Positions 55,554 to 64,000 of a stretch of 64,000 bases of DNA are shown piece after piece. The translations under genes and the position numbers were made by a program. Within the stretch, counting starts at the first letter, position 1. Every line of letters starts with the position of its first letter. The notes below the pieces were generated by a model, which searched no databases, had not been told where the DNA came from, and worked only from the letters and a program-made list of their open reading frames with translations. This DNA is from Paragordius varius (Eukaryota; Animalia; Nematomorpha): assembly GCA_964247055.1 (NCBI GenBank), contig OZ176060.1, positions 1,240,001 to 1,304,000 on the forward strand, given 5' to 3'.

Positions 55554-58070
55554 CTTGTTGATCAAATATTGTGAGATTGAAATTATTGTGATTATCAGCA
55601 ACTATTAGACGACCCGTATAGTACTCAATGCCAACTCCTATGGGGTAATTAGTAAGTCCTGGTGCACCAATTTGTCGCAAATATTGGCCAGTGTAATCAA
55701 ACACTTTAACACTGTGGGCCCGATTATCACTGATAAAAATCTCCTGTTTATTGTTGACTGCCAAACCGTTTGGGAATTCAAGGTGTTTAGAGCAACCAAA
55801 TTTGTGCACAACATCCCCTGTCCTGCTATCAAATATAACCACTCGCATCACCTTGCATTCCACAATGACAACTTTGGCATCATCGTCAACCGCTACGCCC
55901 CGCGGATGTTGCAAGATATCGGCCCCAAATTTCCGAACAAATTGGCCCGTTTTGGTGAAAATTTGGATTTGATGGGTTGGACTTCGTTCTGTAACGACAA
56001 TATCACCGCTAGCTCGAACCGTCGCCACACGATTAGGGTAAAGTAATTGGCCATCACGTTTCCCACACTCACCAAACTGGTACTTAAAACGGCCTTCACG
56101 GTCAAAAATTTGGATTCTATGGTTATTAGTATCAGCAACGATAATGTCACCTTGTGCGTTAACTGTTACACCACTAGGCTCTGTAAATTGACCATCAAGC
56201 AATCCAAACTCCCCAAATTTGCTGTGATAAATCATTTTTCTACGTTTAATTTGAACATTTGGAGGTTTAACATCAACATCCAGGTTGTTGGTACAATAGG
56301 CATCGCACTCCACTGTAGCCGCATTTTTTAAGCTGTTAGATGGGTTATCAAGGTTAGCTGAAAGGGATGGTGGGAGAAAACAAAAATTTTCACCATTAAA
56401 TATCGGTGGATTGGAATACGCATTTAACATTGCTAAAGTATCGCTTTTTATCAGTTGATCACCCAAAACAGTTGAGGGAGAACACACTTTTATATTACCA
56501 GTAGTGTGGTCTTGACTATTGAAAGAAGTTGTACCATTTAATAAGCAGTTCCTTTTAGCATCATTACTTAATTCGAGCGTGATCCCATACGTTGACGAAT
56601 CATTATTTTGTATCCAAAATTTTTGTAGCAAACGATCATGCCGTGACGTCTCAAAACACATGTTATCTTTAACATGTCCAAAGGCATTCTTAACAACATT
56701 CGGTATGGCTGGTGAATAGGTTATAAATTCAATATCATAATTTAGTATATGTTGGGCAACAAGATCAGGTGATACATAAAGAATCCAAGCTACATCAGAA
56801 GTAAGAAGAGGTTTAAGCTTTTCCATAGCTTCATTCATCATATCCTCGTTCTTGCCATTAACATCATGATTGTTAAGAGATGAGTTTGTGGTTCCATTAT
56901 TGTTGTTGGTAGAAGTAACATTATTTATTTCAACTGAATTTAGCGATGATTTGCCAACATAGTGTACAAAGTCTTTGGACCGCTTCGAGAGTTCACGCAA
57001 CTTTTGACTGATTTGGGCTAGCTTTGCATGCTTTGTCACATACGATGATTCAATCTCCTTCAAAACATCACTCTTCCGGGCTTCAATGGCATTGTGAAAA
57101 CTCATAGTGGCATCCCCAACATCCCTTTTAGCTTGAAGGTATTGACCATTCAATTGATTTGTCGTTTTCTCCACATTTTTCAAAATGATATCATACTCAA
57201 GCAGACGGTTATTGATAACGTCAATGGCTGCCTTAGATTTATCGTCTGAGCTACTAATATTATTACCTATTGTGTTAATTATTACATCATTAGTTGAATT
57301 TGATGAATTGATATTGTGATCTTTGTTAACATAACCGCCGTTTGAAATGAGTGATGACACCTCGGTATTCAAGGTTTGTTGTTGTTTTACGGTAGGATTA
57401 TTTGGTAAAGATGGCACGTTTAAGGCGATACCGTCATGACCTGCTCGTAAATGTTCGTTAGCAAAACAGAGTGGACACTCTATGACAATGTTACAAGTAT
57501 TACAATAATGCCTATAGGATTCATTTTGTACTGGGTGCTTTGGACATTTAACTGTTGGTGGCGTGCTAAATTGCGATGATGATACTTTTTCAAGTTTTTC
57601 AGCATCGTTTGAGGTAATAATGTTATTATCTAGGGAAGTTGATGATATACCATCAGTACTTATATTATCATCCATATCATGATGTTGATGAATATCGCTA
57701 TTGTGTGGCCTATTATTGCCGTTGTAAAAAAAGGATTGCCATAGTGCTTTAGTCATTAAGGCTTGAAAACCACCCTTCTCCGTAAATATGGGAGTTGTTT
57801 GATGACAAATTGGACAAATGATTAAGGATGATTTATTATTATTATTATGGCCAATAAAAAAATCTTGTGGGCCAGATGAGTGTGCTTCAAGGCAAATCGA
57901 GCATAATTGATGAAAACAAGATAGTATACGAATATGATTTGGATCGGTTTCTAAAGAGCTATTTTCTTCAACATTACAACCTGGGCATTTCCATTTAGTG
58001 GCGATGATTTGATGGTCTGCCAACTTTTCACCGTTATTTTTAACATAATCGTAAAAATCTTCAGTTTTAC
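55554..58070 (-). CDS. brat: Brain tumor (Brat/NCL-1)-like TRIM-NHL protein, main exon: RING-like finger, B-box, coiled coil and most NHL repeats
   Basis: NHL region KRRKMIYHSKFGEFG..FTEPSGV.VNAQ.DIIVADTNNHRIQIFD..LLYPNRVA..ERSPTHQIQ closely matches Drosophila Brat. AG at 58071-58072; donor at 55553. Confidence 0.93.
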
Positions 58071-58099
58071 CTAATATATATATAACATAAACTGTATAC

Positions 58100-58181
58100 T
58101 TGTCGAATTAGCTAAGCTGTTAATAGTGTCTCCACACCAAAGAAGCAACTTGCTGTTTGAATTAATGGCACTGGAGGTCAT
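58100..58181 (-). CDS. brat: Candidate first coding exon of brat (MTSSAINSNSKLLLWCGDTINSLANST)
   Basis: Nearest in-phase ATG with a phase-1 GT donor, but it implies an intron of only 29 nt. Confidence 0.35.
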
Positions 58182-61100
58182 ACTTGATTATAATAGAAAT
58201 AGATGCTTTATAATGATAAAAATAAAGAAAACGGAAAACAATTAAACGAGTAACATTTTAAACGGGTAACAAAAATGCACAGGGAAGTAATCAAATCACA
58301 CCATAAAAACTAATTTTTTGAATAATTCATTTCAGCACAATATGTATGGTTGTCTCGTTTGAGCACAACTGTTTTTGATAATTTAAACTTGTTATTCCGC
58401 AACATGAAACATCTAAAATTTTGGCACAGGATTTATTTATCACTAGGCCATAAATATAACATAAGATATTTTGCTTTGATCTCGTCTTTAATAATTGGTT
58501 TACTACCAATCGATAGTAAACTAAAATTTAATATATTTAACATTTTATCACCGGGTAGTTTAATATCCTATGGCGATTTGAAAATTTGAATATCTTTGTG
58601 TTTAAGGTATTAAACCGAATAAAATATACTCTCTTTGGTTTTTTCGGCGCATTATGAGAAGTTTTTAAAAAAATGTAAATTTGTAAAAATACCCTCATCT
58701 CAAACTTTTTTGCCGCAATTTTCTTCCATAAATTTTTTTGAATCGTTATTACAACCGGCCAATGTATATTATGGTGTAAATGTAAACAATTAATACAGCA
58801 AACATATATCTTGATTTTAATATCTGCTATTCGTTTCAATTTTGGAGGTGTCCCAATTTCATACTACACAAGTCAAAAAACTGTAAATATATATACATTT
58901 TCTAATATATGCTTGATAATTGAATTTTAACGAAAATAACTCTTAAAAACTATATTTTATTTATAAAACTGAGCTCTAGGTACCCCAAAAAGTAAATTAA
59001 AACAAAAAGAGAATAGGTAATAAATTTTCTAATTTTAAATGTTGGTTCCAAAAGTTAAAAAGTTTTAAATCTGTGTGAAAATAATTCCATATAAATAAAG
59101 GCGAAGGATGCGAGATTAGAATCGGGGGTTGATGAAAAAAGTAGTCTGATAGAAAGATTTCTTCAAAGCTATGTGGTTTTGTTTTGGCCCTTAGTGATAT
59201 AAGATTTTATACAAATTTGTGCCAAGTGCTCCATATCAGAAAACGGCGAAATTTGACCACATTTTAGTTCTAAAATTTTTTGATGAAACAATGCTCCATT
59301 CCGAAAAACATCACAAAAATATATTTTATAAAAGCAAAACAATATAAGTGTTTTAGTTTTTAGATGTAAACTCCGAAAGTCACGCAAAAATGCCGGAATT
59401 TTGCGTTAAAATTTTTAAATAATGCTAAATTTTGGCATTAAAACCTATTTTTTTAAAATTCAATAATTTTAGAAAAATTGAATTTTTATATAAATTTTGT
59501 TGGAGTACACTTCCTCCTATTTTTGGGGATGATCAAAATTCTATAAAATCGCTCAAAAACATTTTTTCTATGATGTGATGATGCACAATTATTTTTCATT
59601 CAAATATTCGGTTGCCCCTAAATCTATGTCAAATATAAATTGTGTTTTAATAAAAATTTGAACAAAATTTGAGGTAAACGAATATTTATAAAATTCTAAA
59701 GCGATCGAAAGGTTCAAAATCACCAAATATAGAAAAAATGTTTTTACAATATCTCAAATCTATTTATACCGTTTCCATCATACCTAAAAAAAGGATTATT
59801 TTCGCTTCAACAAAATTTTGATAAAAACTAAATTTTTATAAAAAGTATGCATTTTTTAAAATTTATTTTTTATCGTGCAATAAGACATTTTTTTATCAAA
59901 AAAATTTTTCCGTTTAAGAAGAGCAAAAAAATTAGGACTTTCGGATCCCACATCTAAAACGTAAAATTTTTAAAGCGTCTTGCTTTTGATAAAATATAGT
60001 TTATTGTTATTTTTCGGAATGAACATTCTTTCATCATAAAATTTTATTAATAAAATGGGGTAAAATTTTGTTGTTTTCTGATATTAAGCGATTACCACAA
60101 AATTGTAATAACTTTCTTATATCACTCGTAAGCCCCAAAAATAAAATAATCATAAGATTCCTGATACATTTTTCTATCGTAATATATAAATCATCATGAA
60201 ATTTGTACACTGAATATTTGCTAAATATTGACATCAGAAAAATTTCCCAAAAATTTAATAAAAAATATACAGTGCAGAGTCTCTTTTTACCTTTATTATT
60301 AAACGGTATGGACTTATATAATTAAACATGTAAATTCAACACCTTTTTACCGAAAAATGAATGTACTGCTTCAACATAAATTTGAAGGTGAATGAATTGA
60401 TTATCATAGTATTTATGAAAATTGTTATAATATTTTAAGATTTTTTACGGTTTCAATCATGCCTCAAAACAGTATAAATTACGCTTTAACAGAATTTGGC
60501 AAAATTCGATTATCGAATATGTATTATTTGAAAAATTATGTTATTATAGAGTGTTATTGCCTCATCATTTTCGCCTTAAATGGCGAAAAAAGGTGGGGCT
60601 TTTCAAAGACAAGATGTAAAAAAATATTTTGCATTTTTTTCTATTTAGGATACATAGTCATATTTATTTAATTGAAGCATTTGGCTTATATAAAAAAATA
60701 TTTTAAACAATATAGCGACTTTCACTTGTCATATGGATTAGCACAAAAGTGCATAGCTTTTTTATATCACTCGTAAAGGCCAAAACTATGACACCAAATA
60801 TATAAAATTTAACAGAGTATTTTTATACTCCCCGTTGAAGGCAGTGTAATATGCGCTTGTTTTGTATTTAACGAAATTGAGGATTTACCACAAAATTATT
60901 CCAATAAGAAAATGTATCAGGAATATCATGGCCTTACATTTATAAGAAAGTTATTTATACTTATGTGGTCAGTTCTCCAAATCAAAAAATGACAAAATTT
61001 GCGCACATTTAGAAATATAATTTTTTTTGTTGAAAGCTAAATACTTAATATCATAAACTGCTTATAAGAGAAGACACTATTTTTAAAAATATTATAATTT

Positions 61101-61318
61101 TTATATTTGGGCTCCGAGAGTCCTGAATTTTTTTGCTCTTCTAAAATGGTGGATCACGTAAACTAAACGCAAAAATGCCGGGATCGAGTGTGAAAAATTT
61201 AACTATATACAAAATTTTGAAATTAATAAAAATATTTTTTGAAAATGCATACATTTTACAAAAATTTATTTTTTGGCAAAATTTTGTTAAACAATATTCT
61301 TGATGCATGGAAGATACG

Positions 61319-62337
61319 GGGTCGGGTGATAAAAAAAATTTTTTGACTTGACTTGCAAGTTTTTCAAGTCATGGCTTGCTTTCATGTGATAAAAAAAATT
61401 TAACATTACGCGACTTAAGTCAAGCAAGAAAACTTGATAAGGAGGTGAGAAAAAATCATATGTTCAAGTAAAACTTAAAGATTTTGCAAGTGTGGTGTAG
61501 GGCACACTTGACAGTTAAAAATATGGATAAAATTGTTTTGGGAACTATTTATGTATAAAATTTAGGTTTTATATGTAATTCAAACCTTTGTTAATGCTAT
61601 AAGTTGTTAATTTTATAAACTTTGGCTAATTAATTTATTCATTGGGTGGATATAAAAGAGGATAAATTTATAGAAAAACTCTGCTAATATTTAATAACAT
61701 GGCATATAAAAATATGCTAAATATATCAATTCCGTGACGGCAAAAAAAATTGGATTCTCGAAAATTTCTTAAAATTAATAATTAAATATTAATCTTGTAA
61801 AATTTCAAATCTTCGTTTATATGCAAAACTTCACTATTAACCAATGTAAAGAATTTATTTCATCATAAATTTATTTCGAATGTAATGTTAAAATCAATTA
61901 AAAATAATTATGTTATATTGTATCAACATCTTCCCATTATATTTGCAACTGGATTCCAAACAAAAGTAGTGTGGTAAAATAATGGAAAGTGTTTTAAAGG
62001 CGAATGATCAATCTAAAAATTATTACGAGTTTAGAAAACTCTATATATTAAATAAGATACGTGCCAGTGAGTTTAAAAAACTTCAATAAATGCATATTGT
62101 ATTTATTGTTTATCTTTTTGTGCCTTATTTCATAAATTTTAGATGAAAATGATCAAAAAAGTTTCCATAAAATTCGAATTGGGTGGCAAAAAACTGTTAC
62201 ATTCATAAGCAAAAGACTTGACTTAAGTGTTTTTTTTATCACCGATCATCAAGTGTACACTTGCTGGCTTAAGTAATCTTGCTCAACTTGCCACGCTTGG
62301 CTTACAAGTCAAGTGCGACTTTTTTATCACCCGACCC
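61319..62337 (-). mobile_element. Non-autonomous about 1-kb derivative of the same Harbinger-group family, TSD ACG
   Basis: TIR GGGTCGGGTGATAAAAAA; both arms match the arms of 46694-50065 in reverse orientation; ACG at 61316-61318 and 62338-62340. Confidence 0.85.
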
Positions 62338-62419
62338 ACGGTTAAAACCCTAAAGATATTATAAAAAACTATTTCTATATAATTTAATGATGCTGAAAAG
62401 TTCTATCGCTTCAGAATTT

Positions 62420-63480
62420 TAACACTTGGAAACAACACACTCAGTTTAGTCCTTCTATACAAATTGGGGTATTGGCTACGCCAGGTCTGTTTACAAATAC
62501 TTTAAAAAGTGTCAAAGAAATCACACCATGGCTAATTTTTCACTTACATAACATTATTAAACCGAAATAAATAAAAATATTTATTCACGCGTCAACGTAA
62601 CATGTGTGGAATGGTATATTTATAAATAATGCAAAAAAACCGCTTTTTCTATTTCGTTTATTTGATTCAAATTGGGGTATCTAAATACCCCAGACTAAAT
62701 TTGAGTTAAGATTTTTAAGAAAGGACTGAAAACGGTCCCAATTTAAATTTATGCATCTATCTAAATAAAAATTATATAAATATGCCAAAATATCTAAATA
62801 AAATTTTGTTTTATAAAAAAAGTTCCAGGTCAAACTACTTCGCCGCCATTTTTTTTACAAAATTTTTGCAAAATATCGTCTCATTCGATTTTAAGAGTAA
62901 AATTAAGGCTAACATTTTATTTAAATTACATATAACATTGTAAGAAATGGAAGTGGTTTCTTTTGCATAATTTTTTGATTTTACTTGCACACATGTCACG
63001 TTGACTAAATTTTCACCTTTCGGTTTTTGCTTAAAATAAGTAATATCAAGTATTTTTAAATAAATTTTTTTATATATTTTGGTTTAATGATGTTATATAA
63101 GTGCAAAATTTTGCCACGGTTTTGAACAAGCCTGGGGTATTTACTACCCCAATTCGAAACGTAGGACTAAAATGAATGTGTTGTATCTAAGTGTTAATGT
63201 TAAATGTAATTCAAATAAAATTAGCTCTAAATTTACCCTTAAAATTAAATAAAGGAATTTTTTTAAAAAATATTTAAAAATAAAAATGGCGTCGAAGTAG
63301 TTAGACGTGGCACTTTTTTTCAAATAAATTTTACTGAGATATTTTGGCATATTTATATAATTCATTTTAGGATAGAAGTTTAAATGTAAATTGTGACCGT
63401 TTCCTTCAGGAGTTTTCTAAAAATATTAATTTAAATTTAGTCTGAGGTATTTGGATACCCCAATTTAAATCGAGGTGTTA
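62420..63480. repeat. Cluster of alternately oriented copies of an about 570-bp interspersed repeat also present at 18580-19150
   Basis: Shared AAAATGGCGTCGAAGTAG, TTTTGGCATATTTATATAA, GGGACCGTTT and GATACCCCAATT blocks. Confidence 0.7.
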
Positions 63481-64000
63481 ATTTAAGGGTTTGTTCTTTT
63501 ATTTTTTGGTATTTTGTAAAAATAATTTGTATTTAAAATGAAATAAAACATAAATGAGAATTAAATATGAGATGTTAGAGATGTAATTTAAAAATTTTTT
63601 GCGCAATGCCGTTTTTATGTTTAAACAACTAGCCCATTTTAAAAGAGCGTAACAATTTGTTTGAAGCCACATATAAAAATTATAATTATTTTATCATTTT
63701 TTTTTTATATGTAATTGATAATATATTTAAATGATATTTTTTGTGATGCATTTAGCTTTAACCAAAACAAAATTCTTTAAAAATTATGTCCAAATGTCAC
63801 ATTTTGTGTCATATAGCACTGTTTTTTTAGTTTCATATCTCATAAAATATTTTTACTTTATAATTTAAATTTTAGTTTATATTTTAATTTTATTTTTACG
63901 TTTGACAAAGATTACTTGTAGTAATCGAAATATAATAAATTTATATAATTTTTGCTGAATAATTCCATATATAGTAATAGCACTTATTTAATTTGAGTCA

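Noticed and set aside
55638-56719. Small overlapping or antisense ORFs within brat
   Set aside because: Shadow ORFs of a GC-richer coding exon, with no recognisable motifs.
55522-58023. ORF-track start (TTG) and ends for the two brat ORFs
   Set aside because: The true boundaries are splice sites (58070, 55554, 55198); the ORF ends run into intron.

Overview
Very AT-rich animal (invertebrate, probably ecdysozoan) genomic DNA; the species cannot be determined from the sequence, although a nematomorph-like genome is a plausible guess. Four spliced genes were reconstructed by hand with consistent intron phases: the 3' end of RPL5 (+), a complete 5-exon SURF4 (-, about 305 aa), a complete RPL7A (-, about 302 aa) whose last two exons are duplicated, and a brat/TRIM-NHL orthologue (-) with a long low-complexity tail. 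The main unexplained structure is that introns and 3' flanks of all three housekeeping genes are largely built from tandem 'exon echoes'. These are copies of one exon edge plus its splice site or stop codon, with acceptor halves upstream and donor halves downstream of the real exon. Several echo sets differ from the exon mostly at synonymous positions. The same gene bodies carry RFX X-box-like palindromes and dense CAGCTG palindromes, including inside lineage-specific coding insertions. Splice sites are unusual: nearly all acceptors are TAG and nearly all donors lack +5G. Intergenic DNA holds MITEs, a decayed PIF/Harbinger-type element with its non-autonomous derivative, hAT MITEs and an RTE LINE relic.
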